From positions 1 to 64,000 of the forward strand of contig NW_020845425.1 of NCBI RefSeq assembly GCF_003704095.1: 64,000 nt of DNA, read 5' to 3'. This document shows, in pieces, positions 50,301 to 61,322 of the stretch. Positions within the stretch are counted from its first letter, which is position 1. Each line of letters begins with the position of its first letter. The position numbers and the translations under genes are program-made. This DNA is from Pocillopora damicornis (Eukaryota). The notes below the pieces were generated by a model, which was given only the letters and a program-made list of their open reading frames with translations, was not told the DNA's origin and did not search any database.

Positions 50301-53300
50301 TTAAGCTATACGAACTAAGAGTTTGTCTCGGTTTCCTCAGAATGGAATAACGACACGTCATTATTTTTCATCCGGAGAGGAAAATATGACTGATATAATA
50401 TATGTTTAAATATTTTCAGTTATTTGACATGCAAGTTACGGACGAATTCGTCGAGTATGCATCAGAGGGCTCGCTGGCCATTGAAGTCTGGGGAAACCGA
50501 ATGAAAGGATTTGATTCACAAAGTAAAGTAATGCTAAACTGGAACGTGGAACCTCAGCAAAAAGGACTTCACGACAGGTATCTGCAACGGCCCTTTTCTT
50601 TCTTTTGTTCTTGTCTAGCTCTTCGACATTTATGTAAATAATAACGAAGTCTGCATACGACATATCGTCATTTAGAAGCTGGACTGTATCCTAATATTTG
50701 TAGCATCAAATAAAAAGGAATCAGTTTCCTTTCCTTGGATGGGATGTTAGCGCACTGACCATTAGGCGAGTGCGTCTTCACATTTTGACCGTGGCATCAA
50801 CAGCTACAATTCCTTGGTCTTGCTTGTAACGTAATATCTTTACCCCACAGGTGGGGAGAACTTTTACGAAAGATGCAGCTCTGGGTGGAAATATTGGAAA
50901 TTAACGATCAAGGGGTCTATGCACCAGTAGAACTACACATTCAAAAAGACAATCTAACTGGTGGAGTATTCCAGCTTCGTCAAGGTCACTCGAGGCGAAT
51001 TGTTGTGCGCGTTCAGCCTGTGCCGAGGGCCGGTTCTCTTCCGGTTGTGTGTGACATCATTTCCGCTGTGTACATTGGAAGTGTTAGTATGAGAACCAAG
51101 AATCAACAACCACTGGACAGCTATCAAGAGAAAGATCTTGCTATGTAAGTGTTTTTTTTTTTTATTGAAAGCAAATTAAACATAGTTCACTTGGAAAAGT
51201 TATCCTCAATCCTAAAGTGCTTTAAAGATTCCACTCAAATGTTTTTTGCTCTATTTTCAGTATTCCTTTTATATCAGTTTTCGATCTTTCTTTTTCTTCA
51301 TAGTCTGCGTGAAAAGTGGTCCACTTCTCTGATGAAAAGACGAGAGTATTTGGACGAGCAAATACACTCCTTAATCGACAAACAAGGTAACGCTTGAGGA
51401 GAGATTAGGAAGAGAATTGGCCTGCTTGTCGGTGTCGGCAGTAGGGGCAATGTGCGTGGAGGGAGAAATAAAAATCAGAAAAGGACAATGTGGACTGGAG
51501 TGTGTTCCTTCCTTTCGCATGTTCCTCCTGCGCTAGATGGCGCTTACCACCTCCTCCAAGCTTGCTGCGCTGGCTTAGAAAAATTCGAGTTTTTTATTCA
51601 GACCAAGCGAGGCACGCAGTAAGAATTTAGCACTTTTTCTGTTGCATCAAGCAACAAGGAGTGTTGCCACCTCTTGTGGAAAAGATTTTGGTCCCTCGTC
51701 GGTTGCCCAATGCAAATTTAAAGCGAGCTAGGATGATTCAGCATCGACAACTTTAGAAAATTGAGGGTATATTTTCGTCTCTGATCGGGACACGCTCTAA
51801 CCTCAAGCATAACTATGAAGTATGTTTCATCTGTAGACAAATCAGCGAGCGATAAAGAGCGGGAGAGCTGGATGATCGACCAATGGGTTTGTCTTACCGA
51901 GGAGAGGAACGCTGTCCTTGTTCCGATACGAGGAAGTGGAATCCCCGGTGCTCCGCCTCTTGAAGGGTAAGGATCTTTCTACACGACCGCGTCGGCATCT
52001 CACCCCGAGTAACTACTGACTAGGGTTAAGGAGACTACTAGCTGCTAATTAAATATTTACATGTTCCCTCAGGGGTTAAATTCTTCCGGGTGTTCTTTTA
52101 TAGGACTGTGCCCCTGGGAATGGAGAAGTACAACCCTGTTATCTTTCTGGATTTACAGAATGGTAAGGCAATCGATTTAACTTTGTTTGGTTGGTTTAAA
52201 ATGTATGTTGCTTCGCATTTGTAATGGGAAGGTGAAGAATTTTGTAACGTGTGGTGAAAATTTGCCCTTCGTAGAAATATATGCTCTTTGGAGAGGTTAT
52301 TACTTATACTCTCTTTGGAATTTCTACCAAAGGAAAGCGTTGTGTGTTGGAGTGAGGTTTCCTGGTATGAAAGCGTGACATAAGAAATTTGCTACGCAAG
52401 ATGTGCGCGATTATCTTTGTGATCTCACTCGGTCTTTTCTGTTTTTATAATTTCTTTCGAATCAAACCCAATCTTGCTGAAGTTTCGCAGAGAGAGGAAG
52501 AAAGAATTATAGATAAATAAGTGTGTTGCCCTCTCCTCCCCACAGATGATGTGAGAAGCGGCTGTATGGAAGAAGGAGGCCCGGCAGGAGTGGATTCTAC
52601 TTTGGTGTTCGAAAATTCCGACCACATGATGGAACTACCGATTATAAACTACGATCAGAAGCAGGTTTGTGATCAACACACCCCGCGTGTGTAATTATGA
52701 TCGCGAATTCTTTTCAGGCAAGTTCAGGGTGCTTAGTCACTTGACTTTTTACCTCGCTGACTTAAGTCACGGCGGTATCACGCCATGGCTACCACCTGAG
52801 CTAAATATATCATAGCAATCAAATTATCTTCTTCCCTGCACCCTACTTGGCTATTGTGGTTTCAGTGGTAACTGTGTTTGGGCTGCATCAAATGTGATTC
52901 CTCGACATTGTGCGTGATATCTTTTGTAATGACTTGTAGGTTTCTGCCACTGTGTTATGGGATTCGTCAATTCACGACTCCGTGTTTCTTAACCGTGTCA
53001 CGCAATCACATGAAAGAGTTTATCTGATCTTGAAGGTATGTAAGAAAACTACAAAGAAATCGCTTTCAATTAAAATAGAATTTAAGATAGAATTTTCCTC
53101 AATGAACATAACTGTTGCTCATTAAACCCTGTTACTTTGTGGGGTTGCTATTTTATCTTGGAAGCAAATTCTTAAAAGTATTTTAGAGCTGAATTTGTGG
53201 AACTTTAAATGGAGAATTCTTTATTAAATCGTAGGAGGCAAAGGTTAAAATGATCCTATTCCGATTACCTTTCCTTACTGCAGATCATCGTTCGCCTCGC

Positions 53301-56300
53301 AAGTCCAATCGCGATGGATCTGGTCCTTCGGAAAAGAATTTCAGTCAAAATATACAAGAAACAAAGCTGGAAAGACAGTTTGCTGAGAAAAATTACAAAG
53401 GTATCTGAAACTTCTGACAGTTGTACCTTTTAAGATATATTTGGTTTCGTTCATACGTCATTTGTAACCTTTTTCTTTTTTTTTTTGCTGATCTGTAACT
53501 TTTGATTGGCGTATCGTACTGTGATGTATTAGATCAAAAACTAATTATTTTGATAATTTATCTTTTACAAGGATATCATAACACGGTCTGGCGTGACGTA
53601 CGAACTTGTTTCACACATTCCACGGGTAAGTTAACGCTTACCAAATGAACGATTTTCTTGTCATGATAATTTACCAAGAGGGTAAGAGTGAATTTAAGCT
53701 GAGCTAGGAACAGATGAAATTAGGAGTAATTTGATATGACATTTAAACCATCTCTCTGGTAAATAGATATTTGCCGTTTGCCTCATAGTCGCCCTCTAAC
53801 CCTCTAGGGCTTTGCTTGCTTGATGGAATACGAGAATTACGAGGTGAACAAGGGTACTGATAAGTTCATCTTTCAATCACCTTACAGCAACCGGGAGAGG
53901 AGACAGAAGAACGCGAGAGCCTGGCGCAAATGGCTGCATTAGCTGTGGGGGAGGGGGAGGAGGAGGATGAATCCGTGTTGAGAAAGTACAGCAAAGGAAT
54001 CTCACATGTGGAAAGTTTGTTGGCACTCGATCGACTCAGACAGGTACGGCGCCAAAGAACTTGGTGGCTGTCAAGCGGTGCTCAATGGGTAGCGCGTTGG
54101 ACTCTGAATTAAAAAGCCTGGATTCGAGACCTGACCAAGTCATTGTGATGTGTTCACGAGCAAGATTCTCTACCGTCGAAGTTGCTCTCCCTACGAAACT
54201 TGACGAAATAAAGGGGTTTAACTGGCGATTAACTAGCGTAGCGTCCCATTCAGGGGGGAAGTAGAAATACCTCTAAGCGGTGCATGTCACGCAAACCGGG
54301 ATAATTTCCAGTGGGGGAGAACACCTGACTCCTAGTACACGATTTATGGAAGTATTCAGTAAGGAGATAGTAATAATAATATCGCTCGTGAACTTAAATC
54401 ACTTGGATGTTTCTTCAGCAATGCACCAACAATTGAAAGCGTTTGTTTGTTTATTTGTTTCGTCGCCCCAAATTACTAAAATGGGTGAATTATTGAGCGA
54501 AATGTGCTTGTCTCTTTGGCAGGAAGTTATGGTGAAGGAGAAACTGGCGGCCATTGGAAAGCCCTTGAGGAAATTCGCCAGTACTCCAAACTTGGCAGCT
54601 GCGGTAAGATGTACTGCTTCTTTGGTCTTTGTTTAACTTAAGTTGGCTTTGTTAATTACACAATGACTTCTTACAAGTAGAAAAAAAAACATTCACCAAA
54701 TAGTAGTTACAACCTCGACAAGTCTTAAGGCTCATGATTTTTTTTGTTGTTTTTCCTGCTTTTATAGTCGGGGGACCTTTCGTTCGGGTTCAGCGGAAAA
54801 GACGATCGATTTGATTCACCAGAGAGTCACAAACTTTGGAATACAAGGGTGAGAATCAGTTATTTCATAGCAGTCTCCATCTAATTTATATTTTAACATT
54901 GTCAATACACTACTACATTAGAATTGACCTTTTGTAAAGGAGAAGAGTGAAACATTTGTGAACGTTCTTGTTAACAGGCTAACAACAGAAGCGATTTTGT
55001 TCTACCGGGGAGTTTCACAGATCCTCGGCCAATAAGACCAACGAAGGAGGAGATTTTACTTGACCTCTCACAAATGAATGAAAAATTCAGCTCATCACCC
55101 ACTACATCAGGTGTTGTATTGCGGAATTCAGGAGGCGGATCATCTAACTCACGCCCCAGCTCCCTTCTCATGGAGCTTGAGCCTCTAGAAGAGGATGAAT
55201 CTACTCCCGCACCGAGCCCTCAAGTCAGGAAAAATCCCAAGGCTTTGTTCGACTTCCAAGAGACTACAGGCCAAGGGTCTTCTGAAGGAACAGTTAGCCC
55301 CCTTTCAGATGAACTTCGGGAACGTTCAGGTAGCGCCGATACGCTAACTTGTGAAGATCCCTCCGCGCCGACGGCGTCGGGTGAAGATTTATCGAATCCG
55401 CCAGTACAGGCAAACGATTTCAAATCGATCAGTCTGGAAAATAACTTGATAGATTTTGCTTCCGAGAAGAGCAGTGCGAAGCCAAGTGTGGGGATAACAT
55501 TACGCGGTTTAGATGACGCTCTGGACGACGAAGAAGACGAAGATGAACTCTCATCGCTTCTCACACAAACTCAGGTAGAGGGGGAACCATTGGAACCACT
55601 AGGAGATAGCGAGGAGCAGAATTCCATTCCACACGAAAAGTCAAACTCTAGCAGTCGAGAGGATCTACTGGGTTCCTTCGAGGGGGAGGATGTGCACGAT
55701 TCGCTGGATTCCTTGGGGGATTTGAAAAAGGGGCAGGTTATTTGCATCGGAGACAAGAAAACTGGAAGGATTAGATATATTGGACCAACTGAATTTGCTC
55801 CTGGTGTTTGGATTGGTGTGGAATTGGACACCCCCTCAGGTGAGTCATTTTTCAGTAAAAATTTTAACTCAGTGTCCGAAATAAACCTGGATTGCTTTGG
55901 TTTTGCTGCTTGTCGCTCCGTGATTGGTCAAGAAAAATTGCGGGACCCTGTCAACCAATCAGTCGCAACACTAAAAACGAGTACGACCAACATGAAGTAA
56001 CTCGTCTTTGTGTTGCTCTAGGCTCTAGGCTGGTGACATCTTTTTACTGCAAGTTCTCATTATGTTATTGTACCCGCTGTTATTACATCAGTGTGATTTT
56101 AGGCACTTAATATTAAAAGTTGGGATAAGCTCTGCTAATTATTTACCTCAGTCTCGTGAGGATATTAAGCCTTGCAGATATGCTCCTCGTTCTGTGCGAT
56201 ACGGACGTTTTATGTGCTAAGTTTCGTTTTGATAATTTTTCTCGTTCACTAGGAAAAAATGACGGGTCTGTGAGTGGTCAGCGGTACTTCGCCTGTAAGC

Positions 56301-56488
56301 CTCGTTATGGATCCTTTGTAAAACCCGAGAAGGTATTTCCCATCGACTCTGTCAAGCGCGAACCAGCCGACCAGAAAGGCTTAGGGCGAGCCAACAGCCC
56401 TACCCAGAGTCCCGTGGTTATGAGAAAACAAACACGTGACAACCGACGTAAGAATGAATGGAAAAGAAAATCAAACATTTTATTTTAA
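38308..56488 (+). CDS. KIF13: Kinesin-3 KIF13 (KIF13B/Khc-73 architecture: motor, FHA, stalk, CAP-Gly); internal exons missing in gap
   Basis: Motor exons 38308-38359 ([15 protein letters not shown]), 38458-38536, 39873-39885, 40678-40735 (FAFDHCFWS), 43376-43468 plus 43866-43957 (GQTGSGKT), 44098-44186, 44435-44522, 44644-44778 ([11 protein letters not shown]). FHA from 45562 ([18 protein letters not shown]). Stalk motifs [58 protein letters not shown]-Gly [12 protein letters not shown]|GKNDGSV; stop at 56488. Confidence 0.96.
40758..40964. mobile_element. TTAA/CCCT MITE copy
   Basis: TTAA-CCCTTTACATCCTAA...TTGGGATCAAAGAG-TCAA. Confidence 0.7.
41789..42143 (+). mobile_element. tRNA-like retro-insert with inverted 5' arm, terminal redundancy and 13-bp TSD
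   Basis: TSD AATCTGAATTAAG at 41776-41788 and 42144-42156. tRNA-like segment 41948-42019 with A box TAGCTCATTTGG and B box GGTTCAAATCC. 41792-41835 is the reverse complement of 42048-42091 (3 mismatches in 44). 41842-41895 repeats at 42090-42144. Confidence 0.85.
43665..43748 (+). repeat. G-rich 22-bp minisatellite (about 3.7 units)
   Basis: (G/A)CATG-NNGGRAGGAGGAGGGGG units at 43665, 43687, 43709 and 43731. Confidence 0.8.
44790..44823. mobile_element. TTAA/CCCT MITE start running into the assembly gap
   Basis: TTAA-CCCTTTAACTCCCAAGATCTCATTAGTAATTCTC then Ns. Confidence 0.8.
44924..45036. mobile_element. Right end of a DNA-transposon-like element with subterminal repeats
   Basis: Five TCGGG(C/T)(G/A)..(T/A)T(G/A)AC-type units ending CCGGTTACC, directly after the gap. 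Confidence 0.55.
45078..45527. mobile_element. hAT-like non-autonomous transposon (450 bp)
   Basis: TIR CAGGGCGTGAAATT / AATTTCACGTCCTG (1 mismatch); subterminal GGCGAC repeats; no adjacent 8-bp TSD. Confidence 0.7.
48056..48298. mobile_element. Second, older hammerhead foldback copy (opposite orientation to 15850-16090)
   Basis: Imperfect inverted repeat 48056-48240, then TCTGCTATACTCTCCCACCGAC..CCACAGTTTCTTTAGAAAC, the reverse complement of 15850-15905. Possible TSD TTTGTCAA at 48047 and 48314. Confidence 0.88.
54074..54320 (+). mobile_element. Degenerate tRNA-derived SINE
   Basis: tRNA-like head (AATGGGTAGCGCGTTGGACTC..GGATTCGAGACC), then CATTGTG.TGTGTTC..GCAAGA and TCCCATTCAGGGGGGAAGTAGAAATAC blocks. 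Confidence 0.6.
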
Positions 56489-58671
56489 ACAACTTAATTT
56501 GTTGTAAACCACAGATAAGAGACAAAGTTGAGGACAATTTTCGGAAGACTATCAGTCATATATTTTTAATCAAAACTGTTCCGTTCGGGAAACAAGCAAT
56601 CCGTATTCAGGAATTTGGAAACCATTTGAATTTATACATACGATGTGGCAAATAGTGGACACACTGTTTGAAACCTTTTTAATTCTCAGGTATATTTAGT
56701 ATTATTCATACAATTAGATGTAAAATTATTTCTCGTGCGGTAATTTTGCTCTCGGAGAGAACCAAAAAAACATTTTTGATAAGTATGTGGCTACGCTGCG
56801 CGCGCTGCGGGCTCCGCTATTAGTCTGGTTTAGAAATAAGACCTCCAGAACGTTGCGAATCAACCAGAAAAGACGATTGATGGCCAGAGATGGACAGGTT
56901 TAAAATCGCAAACTTAAGTCGGTGGAGGCGAACAATAAGGGTGAACAGAGATGGTTAAGAATGGAGAAGATTCACTCGGGCTGAGGATAATGAACTGGAG
57001 GAATGTAAAAGGAATTTTCCAACATTCGCCATTCGTGAGGAGCTCCTTTTGTTTAGGTTAAAGTGTAGAAACTGCTGGAAAAATTAGTAACGTAGACGGT
57101 TCACAAATTGCATTTTATTGACTTTAATAATCATTTCTTATGTGCCACAACGTTATATACATTGGCGGATCTAAAGTAATTTTGACGGAATGTTAGGAGC
57201 TCCAAGCTTGAAATGAACAGAAATGAGATTTAGAATTACCCGCAAGTAAATTATGAATTGTACAGTTTCGAATTCGAATACGCGGGAATCAGCAGTCATT
57301 TGTGAGTGGGTAAAATGCAGGAAGAAATTAAGACATGTATTTATTTTAATAGTTTAAATTTTTTGTAGCGATTTATATTTAAACAAATGGGTCTGGGCTC
57401 TCCTTGACAAGCCTCATACACCCAAGTATTAAGAATACCCCTCGGGTAAGAGGACGCTGGTATGCCCCAGGGGGACAACGTCCTATAATTCCCAGGGGTA
57501 GAGATATAACCCTGAAAACAGTAACTGCTTTTGGTAAGGAAGGGAAGGGAGTTTGTTTGTGGGGTGGGGTTGAGTGGCCTAAAGCCGTTGTTGTCCAGAA
57601 TGTAACAATTTTGGAGTTACATTTTGACATTACACCAACGTTTTCATACACTGCCTTTCTCGCACTCCGACGAGAGAGGCAGGGAGCTGGATCGAGGTTT
57701 GATCAGAATGGCGAAAGTTTAGAAGTGAGGGTCAGACTTTAAGGAGAACATGGAATCGGAAGTTCCCTTCCCTCTTAATAATTCTGGAACTAAGGGAACG
57801 TTTTATACCATAACGAAGGTAAATTTTAAAAAATATCTAACAACGCCGATGAATAAAAGAATTTAATATACAGATTGTTTTTCATAACTATTTGGGGAAA
57901 TGATAGTTTTAAATTGTAACTACGATTAGCTCAAAGAGACCTTTGAAAAAGTTATTACCAAATTTTAAGGGACTGGGCACTAGAAAGGAATGTGTAAATT
58001 TACTGGTTAAAGTGTTGGCTGTCTGTTTATTTTTCCTCTTATGAAAGTTAATCGGTAAGTAATGTAAGTAAGATAGATTTGCGGTATAATTTTAAAAAAG
58101 TGGGCGGAATAAACGAAGGTTACCGCAAAGCTTTTGTTGTGATAACTACCCCGAAAACAAAACAAAAAAATAAAAACCAAGAGAAACTTTAAGGCAACTT
58201 TTAAGTTAAAATATTGCAACGTCTGACGCAACTTTTCGATGTTCTATTTAACCCCCTACCCCCCCCCCCCCCCCCCCCCCCCACCCCTGAGATGATCTGG
58301 CCACTAGGGGGCGGGTCTCGGGATCTTTAAGTCCCCTTCAACCTCTGCTCGGGTCAATGTGTTGTGTTACAGAATGCTCACAGCGTGATTTCCTTAGAAT
58401 GGTTGACTTCTAGTTTCTCCTAACAGTACCATCTTTTGATCAAATGTAAAGGTCATGAGTGTAAAGGAAATGATCATCATTTTAAGAAGCTCCTGATTGT
58501 CAAACAAATTCTTATCAGCGCCATAGGACTATGACTGTGTACCACTTACAAATTTGTCGAGGTGACCCGCGATGGAATCTTATTCCCCGCGAGTAACAAT
58601 CCACTGTACTAACAATTTCCACATCCTCGGGTAGTTGAGGCACAAGACTAGTGAACATATTCCAAAATAAG

Positions 58672-58927
58672 CCCATTACCCATCAGGGCAGCAAGTCATT
58701 TCAGGTTTTGCGGTCAGCCATGAAATAAACATAACAACGGAATGACATATGTCAGGAATGTTTTGGCTGAGAGATTGTAAACAAAATCACTCCTTTAAAC
58801 CCATTACCCATCAGGGTAGCAAGTCATTTCAGGTTTTGCGGTCAGCCATGAAATAAACATAACAACGGAATGACATATGTCAGGAATGTTGTGGCTGAGA
58901 GATTGTAAACAAAATCACTCCTGTAAA
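58672..58927. repeat. 128-bp tandem duplication, 2 copies
   Basis: 58672-58799 versus 58800-58927 differ at 3 positions; CCCA microhomology at 58672, 58800 and 58928. Confidence 0.95.
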
Positions 58928-61322
58928 CCCAAACGAGGTCAAGCATACCTATTTGTTTCTAGCCTGTTGGCTTCTTGTCATGACCTGGTTATCAATAAAC
59001 AACATTTGTATTTAAACTACACAAGCGATATTGTTGGTAGTTTTTACTCATTTGATACTAAGTCCTTTCCTTACTTTCGCCCAAGTTTTCAGTTTTCAAT
59101 CTTAGCTTAGATGATTTTATGCTCGAGTTGAAAATTGTGACGTCATGGCTTCTGAATTGTTCGAGAAAATATCGAGGCATGGTCTCGCAGCGTGATTTCT
59201 TTGATATAATTTCGCGTGATCGTAAGCGATGCCGAAGGAAAAAATATTTGCATAATTAATAACAGGAATGAAAGAAACAAGAATGCAGGTGTTGTAGCTA
59301 CTGAAAACGATAGTCTTGGAAACAACAAGTTGTAGTAAGATTGGAAAGAATGAAGTCGACACCTATCCAAATTTACTTTTTTCTTATGGCATCATCGATG
59401 ACAATCGCTTTTGTACCAAGGCCCGGTGAGTCATGATACGTTACTTATTTACCTACAGGGCTCGCACAACACAACCACGGACTAGATTATTTCACTGAAG
59501 ACCAATTGGTAATCAACTCGCTCAGTTTTCGAAGTGTTTGATTTCGCGGACATTTTTCAATTTTCCCTGTAAAATCTTCTCCTTCCTTTCCCTACATCTC
59601 TCGCTTCTCAGCTTTAAATCGCTGTTTTTCGTACGAACCTTTCATTATCTTAAGTTTTGAGCGCTCAACCTTTACACCATAACTTTCGCCTTCGTTTATT
59701 TTACGTTTATTTTTTTTTTTTAATTCTGCGTATTGCAGCAAAACCACTTCAAAGGTAAAGGTTTGAAACGACCTTTTGCCCGTTCCGAAGATTTATGGAT
59801 GCAATCTTGAAAGAAATTAAACTCAAACAGAAAACTGTGCTCTAGCTGTGAAAGTGTTATGATAATAGCTTAGGAACTTTATCTTGGGATAAAATTCATT
59901 TTCATACCAATGTCCTATTGATTATCAAAAAACGTTGGCTTAAAAATTCTACAGAATAATGACTGGGAGCAGGAGAAATTACTAGAAACATTGAGTCGAT
60001 TGTTTAGTTCAGTGTGCAGGATATGATCATATTTTTAGCATAATTTATTGTTGCTTTCACACGGCTATACAAATGTTTTCGTCAAACTTGACTGTATTTT
60101 TGAAAAGTGAAAGTAAAGTTTAGTTATTCAGAGTTTTACCTCCGATCCAAACATACTTAGCTAAACCTAAACGTACATCGAGTAAACAAATATTTGGTCT
60201 CAGACGAGTGAATCGAGACATGATATCGTATAAATTGGATGTGTCCTCGTGTGAAAAATATTGTCCGAAAGTTCGAGAGTCATACGACTTATGACTGTCG
60301 TTAAAGTAATATAGAAAAGTTTGATAAAACTCTTGTAGGCGGAATTGAGACTTTTATGGTTTAATCAGACACGATTTAAGAGAGACTTTCGCAAGAATAA
60401 TTACTTTATAAAAACAATGTAATTCTTCTCGCCATATTGTCATCAACGAGTCGTTAAAAAGCTATCTGATTATATCTTTATCCTGTATTTTGGAGAGCGG
60501 TTACCCAAAACATAGTGAGAGAGTTGATTGGGTTAGTTCAAAGACAGAATCATGCGGACCTTTCTAGAATAATTTTTTCCGATTTGCGAAACAAACAACA
60601 TAAAAGATGTGCATGTAACCGCAATATGAAAAAATTCCCTGTAGAGAAAAACAACGTGTTTGTCTCGTAGCAACGGATAAATTTATCTTTCGACCTTGAG
60701 GGGCTAGTAACGCTATCAGTTATGATAAACTCATTCTATTACCAAAGTATGTCTTAATATCTTTGAATGAGTTGTTGATTGGAATAGTTAGCAGAGCAGA
60801 CGTAATTTTGGTGAGTGCTCGGTATCTTTTGATGAAAGTCATGGCTGCTATCCTAGGGCTAGTTAGTTCACATTTAAAATTCAAGGCTCCTCCCAGGAGT
60901 ACAAATGGTTACCAGACCAGACAGCTATCAGAGAAATTTGATGAGTGCTGGACTCGAATCCCGTTAAGGATGAGTAACAAATTATGCTGTGATATAAGAG
61001 ACTTTTTTATTACATTTATTCGTCTACTTCTGTGTTTTCTTTATTGTATTCTGAGCTTGATAGAAGTGTAATTTAGGTTGGGTTGTCTGTTTAGAATAAC
61101 TCCGCCAACCACAGGTTGACCAGGACTCCTTACCGTAATTTGCATTTAATGAACTGAAATGCTGATGTAGTTGATAAACAGTTGATTGCAGCAGAAGCTG
61201 TGAAAAGATCCGACAGGCAGCTGGCTTGTAAGACATGACTAAAAGCTACCATCCATACCATATTGATATACTTTTTTTCAACTTCAGCTCTATTCATTTT
61301 CATATTCATCTCCAATCAACAG

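Noticed and set aside
58252-58288. Long poly-C tract (and poly-G at the 14582 gap)
   Set aside because: Simple homopolymer of unreliable length with no further structure.
58672-58931. CRISPR-like array (also considered for 683-765 and 44924-45036)
   Set aside because: Eukaryotic context, no unique spacers of regular length, no cas genes.
60970-61071. Hydrophobic ORF end as signal-peptide exon of the LamG/Calx gene
   Set aside because: No convincing phase-1 donor; hydrophobicity may just reflect T-rich sequence.
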